Shown piece by piece: positions 53,510-63,896 of a stretch of 64,000 nt of DNA. Within the stretch, counting starts at the first letter, position 1. Each line of letters starts with the position of its first letter. The position numbers and the translations under genes are program-made. Source of the stretch: a virus (taxonomy: Duplodnaviria > Caudoviricetes); IMG/VR virus record IMGVR_UViG_3300028833_000053, one strand, 5' to 3'. The notes under the pieces were generated by a model, which saw only the letters and a program-made list of their open reading frames with translations, made no database searches and was not told the origin of the DNA.

Positions 53510-55438
53510 TTACAAGCCAAACTTCTTCAATTTGTCGTTCAATTTACGAGCGGTGTTTGTTGTGCGCTCTACAATTACAACGTCTTCTTCGGGATCAAGT
53601 TGGCTACCTGAGCTTTCCTTGTCTCCGTCATCGTTGTGTACCTGCTTGTAAGTCATTACAACGCCAGAACCCTCGGATTCATGTGCGTCACGGAATCCAA
53701 TCTTGTACTTCTTTCCTGTTGTGGAATCCACGAATGTAAGGCGGTTGATGTCAAGTTCAACGTCACCGTTCATCTTCATGGTTGTACTGGAGCCAAGGTC
53801 AAGATTTGCTCCGTTCTTCAACACAAGCGATGCTCCGTTCTGGAACGTGACTTCGGCGCCATTTGCCACATGTACCTTGCTGTTCTATCCAACGAAAACC
53901 TCGGCGTTGGAATTGACAACGCCATTGAGTTCGGTTATTCCATCGGACTTCAAAAGGTTGTCCGTGTAGACAACGCTGGATTTCACACCGGTTGTAACAA
54001 GTTTGTCAACGTGGAAATGGTTTGCATTGAACTTGTAGGCTTCAAGCGCGGAGAATTTGCCTTTTTCCGCAACAACGTTCTTCATCAAGATGTTTCCAGA
54101 GTGATCTATTCTGTATTTCCCTTGGTTGATGGAGAACCTCTTTGGCGCATTTGGATCGTTTTGTTCGCGCAAATATGTGATTGGGTTGATGAGGGTCTTT
54201 ATGGTCTTTTGAATGGACTCGTAGTTGACTTCGTTCTTCTGCATTGCTTCGTCAACCATTGCCACGGGGTCAAAGTTCTCTTCTTCGTATGTCTCATCTT
54301 CCTCGTCGCTTGGCCCGGCTGGAATTACATTGACCATTTCATCTTCATACAAGTCCCAGTCAGTGTCAGATGTGAAACTTATGCCAGAAGATGGGTTGTC
54401 ATCCATCAATTCCTTGTCGCTTGTCAAAAGGAAGTTGCTGGTTATCAACTTGGATTCATCAAGGAACAGTTTTGAACCATGTATCGTCACGTCACCTTCA
54501 ATGAGAGACTTTATGTCGCGGTCAATCAAAAAGCCGATGTTTCCGGTGCTTGTTCCATGAATTTGCAAGGTGCTTACTCTGGACAGACCGTTCACCTCCA
54601 TTCCATCATCAAAGGAAACCTTGCCCTTGTTCACCTTGAGAGATATGCCATTGTGCAGCAACGCTCCCTTGATTGTGAGGTCGTTTTCAATTTCCACCTT
54701 GTTCTTGATTGAAAGGTAGGAGATGGTTGCAGTGTTGGTTACTTCCGCATTGATGGTGGAAAAGCCATTGGTTTTCAATTGGGTGTTTATGGTGGCTTTT
54801 TGGGCGGTCAAGCTATTTATTTCGGCCTCCTTCAACACCTCAAATTTTTCATTCGCGGTGAACTTCCGGGAAACCTCAACTTCCATTGGATAAAGTTTGT
54901 TGGTGTACAAAGTGGATAGTTTCATGGTCATTGGTTCTGCACCAATCCACCTTGTACCAATGTCTATCATGAACAGATTGGAACCGACAACCAAACGTTG
55001 TGAGGCATTTAACACGGGTGCAGTCAATGAATCTGCATTATAGAGTGAATCAAATCCAATCTTTATCTGCCCATCACCAAAGCTGATTCCACCCCTGAAG
55101 TTGCAGTTCTTGTAGAAGTTTATGGAATTGCCTGCGGATGACATGACAACACTGATGTTGTTGTTCTAGTTCTTTTCCCTTATTTCAAGGGTGTTTCCCG
55201 TAATTTGCCCGGCTGCTTCCAAGTTACCGTCCACATAGGTGTTTCCATGCACCGTGACCAAGCCCTTGTCGTCAATGGTTATTGGGCCGTCCTCTTCACT
55301 TTCGCCAGATTCCACCTGAACGGTTGTTCCCTCCGTAGTGGTTGTGCTTGTTTCACCAGTGGTGTCACCCTCGTCCTTGGAGCTGGAAGTGGGTTCATCA
55401 ATGTATACAATGCCATTCTCGTCTATTCTTTCTGCCAT
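53510..55438 (-). CDS. Beta-strand-rich late structural protein (tail/baseplate spike-like), 642 aa, code 15
   Basis: TAGs at 55166 and 53885 join three track ORFs; late promoter at 55475. Confidence 0.65.
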
Positions 55439-55561
55439 GGTATTTCTCACATGTTAGGATGCGTTTTCATCTAGTATTTACAAAAATGGAGCATTTTACC
55501 CTATGATGGTAAATAGATACATTGAAGGTTCAATCCGAATAGAGAGACAAGGTAAACCACC

Positions 55562-57121
55562 ATGGCACAGCAAATTCAATTTATATATTTGACTCAAAGT
55601 GATTTTGACAATCTGACAAGTAAAGGAAACAAGATTTACTTCACGTCTGACACAAAGAGAATATACAGAGGATCGGATTTATACGCTGCAACTTCATTTG
55701 ACCAATTGAATTTCAGCTCAATAGAGGCTTCTGACATAAAGGTGAATGGAAACGCGGTGTCGCTTGAAGGACATACCCATTCCGCTTCGGAAATAGATGG
55801 ACTTGAAGCGTTTGTTTCTGCGGCAACGCAGAATTTTTCATAGAACGGACACAAACATGCCATAGCGGATGTCACAAACTTGTCGGGGATAGTTGCTGGC
55901 ATAACAAACACCACTGTGTCAAAATCGTCAGGTTCGTTCAACACATTGACCGTTGGGGGTTCAAACGTCTCGGTTGAAGGACATACGCATTCCATTGACG
56001 ACATTGAGGACTATGAGGACAACACATTTTGGATTACAGGAAGTGTCAATACATAGACATTGGAAATTCAAGTTGATTAGGATTTCGAGGATGCAGTTGA
56101 AGCTGCTGATGCAGGAAAGCACATTAGGGCAAAGCTGGACTATACAGGAAATGGTAATTATGTATGTCCTTGGGCAAATGTAATATACAACACAAATGGA
56201 ACAGTGGATTAGTTTGACTTTCACATAATGCTTGACACGGTTATGTTGAATCCTGACGCAAATTGGCATCCATATTTGATTGGTTTCACTTGGAATTCAA
56301 ATGGATTTGATGTGCGTCCATATGAACTTTCTGAAACCAACCATGAACATGACATAGAGGACATAACCAACCTGTCAACCATACTCACTGGAGTCAGTGA
56401 ATCATCCCTGACAAAGGATACCATTACGGGGGACATCGGAAACTTCAGATTGCTCTCGGTAAGTGGTTCTGCCAATTTCGCTGTGAATAACGTGTCAGCA
56501 AATGCCGTTTCTGTGAATGGAACACCAGTTTCACTTGAAGGTCACACGCATGGCGTTTCTGAGGTTACAGGACTTGCCGCTGCCATATCCGCCGCGACTT
56601 CTGGATTCGCCTCAAGTCAGCACTCGCACAGTCATGTTGACATAACGGACTTCAACAGTGCTGTTGTGACAGCCGGTTCTTCAAGTTTCGCTCCAATCAG
56701 CCATTCACACGCCATTTCCAGCATCACAGGTCTGACAGCATCCCTATCTGAACTAAGTTCGTCAATCCAAAGCCTCCAATCCCAGATTGTGCCAGTCCAA
56801 TGCATCACATTGGCGCAATACGAGGCACTTCAGCCGGCTGACGCAAGCACAATCTACTTCATTTCCGATGGAAACAGAATCTACAGAGGTTCTGTGCTAT
56901 ACGCAGCAACAACGTTCGACCAGTTGAACTTCAGCTCAATAGAGGCAAGCGGCATAACGGTGAATGGGAACGCCGTGGCACTATCTGGACACACTCACGC
57001 GATGTCTGAGATTGGAGCGTCCACTGCTGCATAGACTGCAATAAGCGCAATAACCAATGCCTCAACTATATAGTAGATGAAGTCTGCCTTGACTGCATTC
57101 CTTCAGAACTTCGTATCATGA
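55562..57121 (+). CDS. Tail-fibre-like protein with HxH repeats (519 aa, code 15)
   Basis: Seven TAGs (55841, 56054, 56078, 56210, 57032, 57071, 57074); repeated SLEGHTH / HxHxIxDIT motifs; about 50-aa internal duplication IYFxSDxxRIYRGSxLYAATxFDQLNFSSIEAS. Confidence 0.75.
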
Positions 57122-57518
57122 TGCCACATAATTGGAGATCACTTGAAACATGGAAACCAAGGAAATTTAGAATGCGTTTAGAGATGGCGAATAGACCGTG
57201 ACGATGGCTGACACACCATTTGACACGGTTCTTGCGTCTAAGGAATATGTCAATCAGTAGATTGGCGCAGCCATTGGATAGGCATTGTCAACCCAGTACT
57301 GAACACTGGCAAACGTGTCGTTTGAGCAGTGAAATGCCGCCTGATTCCTTGTTGCTGCTCTCTTCCTTCTTGCCATTGTCAATTACCTTTCCATTAAAAT
57401 GTCACTGTGTCGTATGTCGTGCATGGTACTTAAAACAATATTCCTTTGTTTGTTATTTACCATTCCATTTCAAGTTACATTATGGTAAATAGATGTACAT
57501 TATAAAGGTAACAAACAA

Positions 57519-58781
57519 ATGGCAATACATATAGGAAACATTGGGGGTGGAAGCATAGTGGTTGATGGCAAAAAACCACTGTTTTCCTTTTCTGCAATTT
57601 CGGACATACATCTTCACGACAACAATGATGATAGTGGATACGACGATTTGGTGAATCTGTTCCGAGTTCTAGGAAACAGAATTCAAGACAAGGAATTGGA
57701 TTTGCGCTACATCTGCGCCGCCGGCGACATTGGAATGGGTGGAGCGAACAAGGAGCTGTTGACATTTTCCAAAATAGTGGACGCAAAATGCCCTATTTCC
57801 AACAAGAATGTTTTTTCTTGCACCGGAAACCATGACCAACAGCATACGTGGCAGGAATGGACGGATTACATGTTTCCCGAGTCATTGCACAGTCAAATCA
57901 CTTCTGACTTGAATTTTGTCAAGGAGGATGGAAACTTTGTGTTTGCTTTTATGTCTATGGCGCATCAGAATGACAGAAGTACAACAGTAAATGGTAGGAT
58001 ATGTTTTTTGGATGATAGTAATTCAGTTTCTGGTTCAGGAACAAGACAATGGCTTCGTAATGTTGTAGAGTAGGCAAGAAACAAAACATTGATTTTGTTT
58101 ATGCACTATCCTTTCCAGAACAGGCGTTGTTATGACAAATCCACTACATCAATCAACATATATGATTGGGCTACGGGAAATTACATACCAAAAACGGTGA
58201 ACGTGGCCGAAACAGCGGAACAATGGGCAGGTCTTCTTGATTTGGGTGGTTCTGCAGGTAGCAATGAGAGTTGTGCCAACTATGGTTTCTATTGCAAGGC
58301 TGCCGCTTCAATTGATTATTCAACACCCAGTGAGTGTGAACAAATAATGGCGATTCTGAATCAACATGTTGGGGGAAAAACCATCGTGTTTTCCGGACAC
58401 ACACATCTTGTATTTGAAACTGAGCGTTTTGATTATGTCATTGGAAAAGGCTATCCAAATGTCAATGTGGCATATGTGAGGAACTATGACCCTGACAAGA
58501 ATGAATACACACCAACCAACATCGTCACAGTTCATATTCCATCCTTGAATCATCCAAGGAAGCTCAAGGTTTCAAGCATAGGCAGTGTGAGTGGGTGGGA
58601 AACTATTTCTGGCGCAAATCCATATCGTCAACCATGTCAATCCTGGCTTGTGGATGTATATGACAACAAACTTGTGTTGAATGGTTTTGAAACTCAGGTT
58701 TCACATGACAAACGTTATGGCGATATTTTGAACGATTATATCTACACTATAGACTTGACAGATATAGTTCCGGTTGCGTAA
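57519..58781 (+). CDS. Calcineurin-like metallophosphoesterase (420 aa, code 15)
   Basis: SDIH, AGD and GNHD lie before TAG 58071; MHYP and SGHTH lie after it. Confidence 0.85.
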
Positions 58782-58792
58782 AGGAGACCAAC

Positions 58793-59086
58793 ATGGCAAG
58801 CAAGAACAACATACCAAAGAATCCTTATGACAAGAAGATGAAGAACTCCAAGGTTGCGGTTGACAACTTTATCTACACTCAACTTCAATCCAACAAGAAG
58901 AGTTTTTACGTCTATTGTGGGAAGTCAAAGAAGAGAATATATCAAGGCTCTTGTTCCAAGGAAATTCAAAACATTTACTTTGACGGAACTTGCGTTGTGT
59001 GCATTTGCCAGAACAAGACTTATGTGTTTGGACCGAACGATTTGCGCTATCCATTGAAGAATTGGAGAAAGATTAGGGAGTTTTAA
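58793..59086 (+). CDS. Hypothetical Cys/Lys-rich protein
   Basis: AAGGAG RBS; open frame. Confidence 0.6.
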   Translation: MASKNNIPKNPYDKKMKNSKVAVDNFIYTQLQSNKKSFYVYCGKSKKRIYQGSCSKEIQNIYFDGTCVVCICQNKTYVFGPNDLRYPLKNWRKIREF

Positions 59087-59087
59087 G

Positions 59088-59693
59088 ATGAAACGTATTA
59101 TACAAGTGAATGAGAGTTGGGATCCTGAATACGATGACAAGCCAGTGAACCAGTTTGGGGAGAAGTGGGAGAAGATTTCGGGAACATGGCTGAACCAGGT
59201 GATAACGAACATCATGAAGGATGTCCAGATAGACCCCTTCGAGGACGGACCAAAGATGGAAAGTTTGAGTTTGGGCAGCTTGCATCTTTGTGAAGATGGG
59301 CATCTCATAGCCACTGTGTATGGCGGTGCCAACGGTGGTGGCATACGGGGCAGGGAATCCAATTGGACGTTTTACATGTCCTTGGTTAGGAAGTTTCTTG
59401 GCAAGATTCTTGACTACGACAACGGCCAGTGCTTCAAGGACGTTTGGATGATAGATTGGGACAACGATTGCTGCGATGACGTTTGGACTTTGAGACTTGG
59501 GCTTGAACTATCCGACGAAGAGAAACTCCAGTTGACCCAATGTGGATTCAAGGTGATTGATCCAACCTAGTTGAATATTGGACTTGACGCTGCAATGGAT
59601 ATGTTCACGCCATATCCCATGGCGCAGAATGTGGATTGCTCAAACCCCTACAATGAATCCAAGATAAATTGGCGCAAAATAAGTGCCAAGTGA
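59088..59693 (+). CDS. Hypothetical protein, code 15
   Basis: MKRIIQVNES leader; TAG 59568 read through to TGA 59691-59693. Confidence 0.6.
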
Positions 59694-59812
59694 GTTCGGT
59701 TTTTGCCCTCGGATTGTGTAAATACTTTATGACGAGGCGAAGGATAGGAAGTATCCATCTGGAGCCAAGTCAAGGATTGATTGACAATAACAACAATCGG
59801 AGGTAAAATAAA

Positions 59813-60310
59813 ATGTTTGACATGATTAGACCGTCATCCATTTGGGATGACATGTTCAGAATGGCTGACGCGCTTACGCTATATCCAGCCAAGGAAAGGA
59901 GCCTGGAAAACAACGGATTGAAGAGGCTCATATCAAGACCCCACAACATCGTGAACGTCACGAACAAGGAGGGTGAACCCATTGCCCAACGCCTTGAAGT
60001 TGTGACCACGCCGTTCAAGAAGAACGAAGTCAAGGTGTCTGTTGATAAAAACAACATGTTGACAGTGGAATGTGGGACCGAAAAGGAAATCAAAGATCCA
60101 CTAGAGGGAATCCCAATGGACGAAGAGAACGATAACTATGTCTACAAGGGCATTTCCACCCAGACATATTCCTTCTCCATCAAGTTGGGGGATAATGTTG
60201 ACAAGGACGCAATCAAGGCGAAGAACGAGGACGGTGTTCTCGTTGTGACGCTTCCGTTCAAGAAGAAAGAGGAAGAACCAAAGCAAATCACCAAAATAGA
60301 GGTTGAGTGA
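59813..60310 (+). CDS. Small heat-shock protein (Hsp20/alpha-crystallin)
   Basis: PHNIV...FKKNEVKVSV...YVYKGISTQTYSFSIKL...IKAKNEDGVLVVTLP. Confidence 0.88.
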   Translation: MFDMIRPSSIWDDMFRMADALTLYPAKERSLENNGLKRLISRPHNIVNVTNKEGEPIAQRLEVVTTPFKKNEVKVSVDKNNMLTVECGTEKEIKDPLEGIPMDEENDNYVYKGISTQTYSFSIKLGDNVDKDAIKAKNEDGVLVVTLPFKKKEEEPKQITKIEVE

Positions 60311-60339
60311 CAAACAACAGGTTCAATCTTTCCTTGTGT

Positions 60340-60365
60340 GGCTGGGTTTACGAACCCAGCCTTTT
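60340..60365 (+). terminator. Intrinsic terminator
   Basis: GGCTGGGTT-tacg-AACCCAGCC-TTTT. Confidence 0.8.
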
Positions 60366-60403
60366 GTCGTATAATATACTGGGAACATAATGAGGAACGA
60401 ATA

Positions 60404-63337
60404 ATGGTTGAACCTGACTATAGATTGGATTTTGACGTAGAGAAGATACGTGATGTGATTGAACCGAACGATGGCTACACATGGGTTTACTATGACCCAA
60501 TGGGCATGGACAGGAAATTGGGGGAGAATGGGAAGATTTGGTTCAAGTGCTACGAGAAGGACACCCACAAGCCCATAGTTGTTGAAGTGAAGAACTTTCC
60601 CTCTACCCTGTGGCACCGTGTTGACAAGTCCGACGAAATGGCTAAAACCGGAATGGTGGATGCCTATGGTATGCCTGTTGTACAGGAGGTTTTCGACAAC
60701 GTGGCACTTCGCCGCCAATGGGTGAACACATGGAAGAAACGCTCCGACTATTGCGAAAAGCAGATTGTGCAGAACCAAGACCCTTGCGACGAGTTCATGC
60801 AGAAGGTGTTTTGGAGGGAGGCTCAGGAGGAAAGTTTCAACAAGGGCTTCCAGCGCGTGTTCTACATTGATATTGAGACCGAGGTTTCGTCAACGTCTCT
60901 TATGCCGTTCAAGGCTGTTGACAAGATGTTGATGATAACCATATACGACAACAAGACGGACAAGTTCTACACATGGTCTTTGAATCCCGCGGAAGTGGAG
61001 TTTCATGACAGTGTTGATGAAGAGGGGAACGTGACATGGCACAATCCCTTGAAGGACTATCCAAAGGACAAGTTTGTTCTGTATGACAACTTCAACGGGA
61101 ATGAAGCCGAACTGCTCAAGCACTTCCTCTACTTCTGGGCAACAAACTATCCAGACGTTGTGTGCGGGTGGAACAGCCGTTGGTACGATATTCCCTATAT
61201 CGTGAGGCGTATCGAGAACGTTCTTGGCAAGGCAAAGGCGCGTTTCCTCTCTCCGCTCGAAGACTACAAAATCATCCATGAGAAGTCTGACAAGAAAGAC
61301 GAAAACGGCAAGTGGATTGAGAAGGAAGAAATTGAGTGGGTGGACATCAAGGGCATATTCCAGGCGGATGAACTAATCCTCTATTCCAAGAAGTTTGGCG
61401 TGAAGCAGGCTCTTGATGGCGGCTATGGTCTTTCCAACGTAGGACAGGCGGAGGGCTTTGGTGGCAAGGTTGCGTATGAGACAACGCTTCTTGACCTGTA
61501 CAACTCCGACTGGCAGAAGTTCTATGAGTACAACGTCCGAGACGTTGAGCTGCTATGGTCTATCGAGAAGAAGTGCAAGTTGATTCCATTGGCGAGAACC
61601 GTGGCGGGGTTTGGACTCGTGAACTATGACTTCATCTATCAATCTGCCCCGTATCTTGTTCCGACCATCACCATATTCTGCATGAAGCACCGCGAGAACA
61701 TGATATTCAATTCCTACGCCAACAACTTCCGCGAGAAGGTCAAGTTTGAGGGTGCGTGGGTCATTGACCCGGTTGTTGGGCGGTATTCCTATGGCACGGC
61801 AACGGTGGACTTCAATTCACTTTATCCTTCCTGCATGAGAATGTTGAACCTCTCAATCGAGACCTATGTTGGGCGGATTGACGATGGCTATTCCGGTGTT
61901 GGCGGACTTGACAACGATTGGATGCAGCGTGGTGGAATAGACGGCTATCCAGACGACTATCTGTTCAAGTTGATTATTGACAGGGTTGACATTCAAACCC
62001 CGATTGAGAAGGAGATTGACGCGAAGACCCTACGTCATTTGCTTGACACCAAGTTGATTATCTGTCCAACGAACATGACGTTGTTCTTGAAGCATGAAAT
62101 CAAGAGGGGCGTGATTGCGGACTGGGCGGAGGTTTTCTTCAACCGACGCAAGGCAACCAAGGACGAGAGGTTCAAGTGCGACAAGGCAGCCGACAGGACT
62201 TCTGACCCAGATGAGAAGGAGAGGTTGATGACGAGAGTGGAGAATCTGGGCAACCTTCAGCAGGCGTTGAAGATTTGCCTTAACTCCATCTACGGTGCGT
62301 TGTCCACCACGGGTTGTCCGTTCCTGCATTCAATCGGATTGGCACAATCCGTGACAAGGGCTGGACGTTTCTCAAACTACAATGGAAGGTTGTTCTACCA
62401 GAAGTGGCTGCAGGAGAACTACAACATACCTGACGATTACGTTGTCACGGCGTCCGGCGACACCGATTCCTACTTCATGAACCTTGAAGCGGTCACAAAG
62501 GATTTCATGGCGAAGAATGGTTGGGACAACGACTTGAACAATTGGACTGACGAGCAGAAGTTGACCCTCTGGAACCACATGCAGAAATTCACGGACGAAT
62601 ACCTTGTCCCCCATGTCCAGGAACTCGTCACGAAGGAATTTCACACGTCAAACGCTGCCCCGATGAAGTATGGCTTGGAGTACATGACTTCCGGTGGCAT
62701 ATTTGAGTCTCCGAAGCACTACATTGTACACAAGATTGTTGACGAGGGTCCGAAGATTGTGGATAAGTTCAAGTACACTGGAATCGAGTTGAAGAAAGCC
62801 ACCGTGCCACCGGAAATCAAGAAGTTCATGAAGGACATCTACTTCACCGCCGTGCTTGACCCCAAGTTTGACCTTGAAGCCGCGAAGAAGAAGATGGACG
62901 AGGTTTACCAGGAACTTTTGAAGATGTCACCGAACGAGTTGGCGAAGTGGCAGGGCTATGGCACGGAATCCCAGATGGACGGCTTCTTGGTTGAGGCAAA
63001 GGGCGCGACCGGAATCGGCAAGTGCGCAAACTACTACAACCAGATAATGCACAAGTTGGGGTTGGACAAGAAGTACGCCCTGATAAACGTCAAGGACAAG
63101 ATTCAGACCATCTACATCAAGCCCACGAACAAGTATGGCATTTCACAGATAGGGTTTCCGCCCCGCCAATGGCCGAAGGAGTTTGACGACGTTTTTGAGA
63201 TTGACTATCCGAAGATGATGGAGAAGGTTGTCATTTCCCCGTTGAAGGGTATGCTCAAGGCTCTGCACATGGACAGTCTCATTAAGTACAACCCCAGCGT
63301 GTCAGCTTCATTGGAGTATTCGGTTGACGATATTTGA
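60404..63337 (+). CDS. Family B DNA polymerase (T4 gp43-like)
   Basis: DIET, GWNSRWYDIPY, YNVRD, DFNSLYPS, KICLNSIYG, GDTDS, KHY, GIELKK. Confidence 0.96.
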   Translation: MVEPDYRLDFDVEKIRDVIEPNDGYTWVYYDPMGMDRKLGENGKIWFKCYEKDTHKPIVVEVKNFPSTLWHRVDKSDEMAKTGMVDAYGMPVVQEVFDNVALRRQWVNTWKKRSDYCEKQIVQNQDPCDEFMQKVFWREAQEESFNKGFQRVFYIDIETEVSSTSLMPFKAVDKMLMITIYDNKTDKFYTWSLNPAEVEFHDSVDEEGNVTWHNPLKDYPKDKFVLYDNFNGNEAELLKHFLYFWATNYPDVVCGWNSRWYDIPYIVRRIENVLGKAKARFLSPLEDYKIIHEKSDKKDENGKWIEKEEIEWVDIKGIFQADELILYSKKFGVKQALDGGYGLSNVGQAEGFGGKVAYETTLLDLYNSDWQKFYEYNVRDVELLWSIEKKCKLIPLARTVAGFGLVNYDFIYQSAPYLVPTITIFCMKHRENMIFNSYANNFREKVKFEGAWVIDPVVGRYSYGTATVDFNSLYPSCMRMLNLSIETYVGRIDDGYSGVGGLDNDWMQRGGIDGYPDDYLFKLIIDRVDIQTPIEKEIDAKTLRHLLDTKLIICPTNMTLFLKHEIKRGVIADWAEVFFNRRKATKDERFKCDKAADRTSDPDEKERLMTRVENLGNLQQALKICLNSIYGALSTTGCPFLHSIGLAQSVTRAGRFSNYNGRLFYQKWLQENYNIPDDYVVTASGDTDSYFMNLEAVTKDFMAKNGWDNDLNNWTDEQKLTLWNHMQKFTDEYLVPHVQELVTKEFHTSNAAPMKYGLEYMTSGGIFESPKHYIVHKIVDEGPKIVDKFKYTGIELKKATVPPEIKKFMKDIYFTAVLDPKFDLEAAKKKMDEVYQELLKMSPNELAKWQGYGTESQMDGFLVEAKGATGIGKCANYYNQIMHKLGLDKKYALINVKDKIQTIYIKPTNKYGISQIGFPPRQWPKEFDDVFEIDYPKMMEKVVISPLKGMLKALHMDSLIKYNPSVSASLEYSVDDI

Positions 63338-63390
63338 TTCATCTTTGTAAATACATTCATAGGCAACCAATTTACGAAGGTGAAACAACT

Positions 63391-63882
63391 ATGAAGAAAC
63401 TGAATATCACGAAGGAGCGTTTCGAGAAGTCGCGCTATTTTTAGAGGAAGTATGGGAATCTTGAATATGTTTCCGAAAGTGGAAAGCTGTTCAAGACAAA
63501 CAAGGGCAAGGTCTTGAAGTTCAATGAGGCCGTCCATCCACATGAGACCGACGTTGATGTTCCTGTGACAGACCAGGAGAAAACTCTGTGTCAGTACATT
63601 GGAGATGAAATTGAAGGGGAATTTAACGATACAACGGGTTTGGAATTGACATGTGGTTGCAACTGGCACAATCCTGGAGAAGAGCAGCATATTGAAATTT
63701 TTGTTGGCATTCCTGAAGAGGATGATTCATCCGATCCAAAATATGACAACATCGAGACGTTCTTGGAGCAGTTTGTCAATGGAATCGGAGACGCCGAGAA
63801 CGAGGGCGAGAAGTGGGGAGATGCCAGTTTCCAGTGGATAAGCGACAATGAACTGTTTGGCGAATTGTGGCCGATTAAGTAA
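63391..63882 (+). CDS. Late protein: KKLNITKE module plus acidic domain, code 15
   Basis: GTAAATA 63347; MKKLNITKERFEKSRYF(TAG)RKYG, TAG at 63442. Confidence 0.75.
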
Positions 63883-63896
63883 GGTGAGGAATGAGC

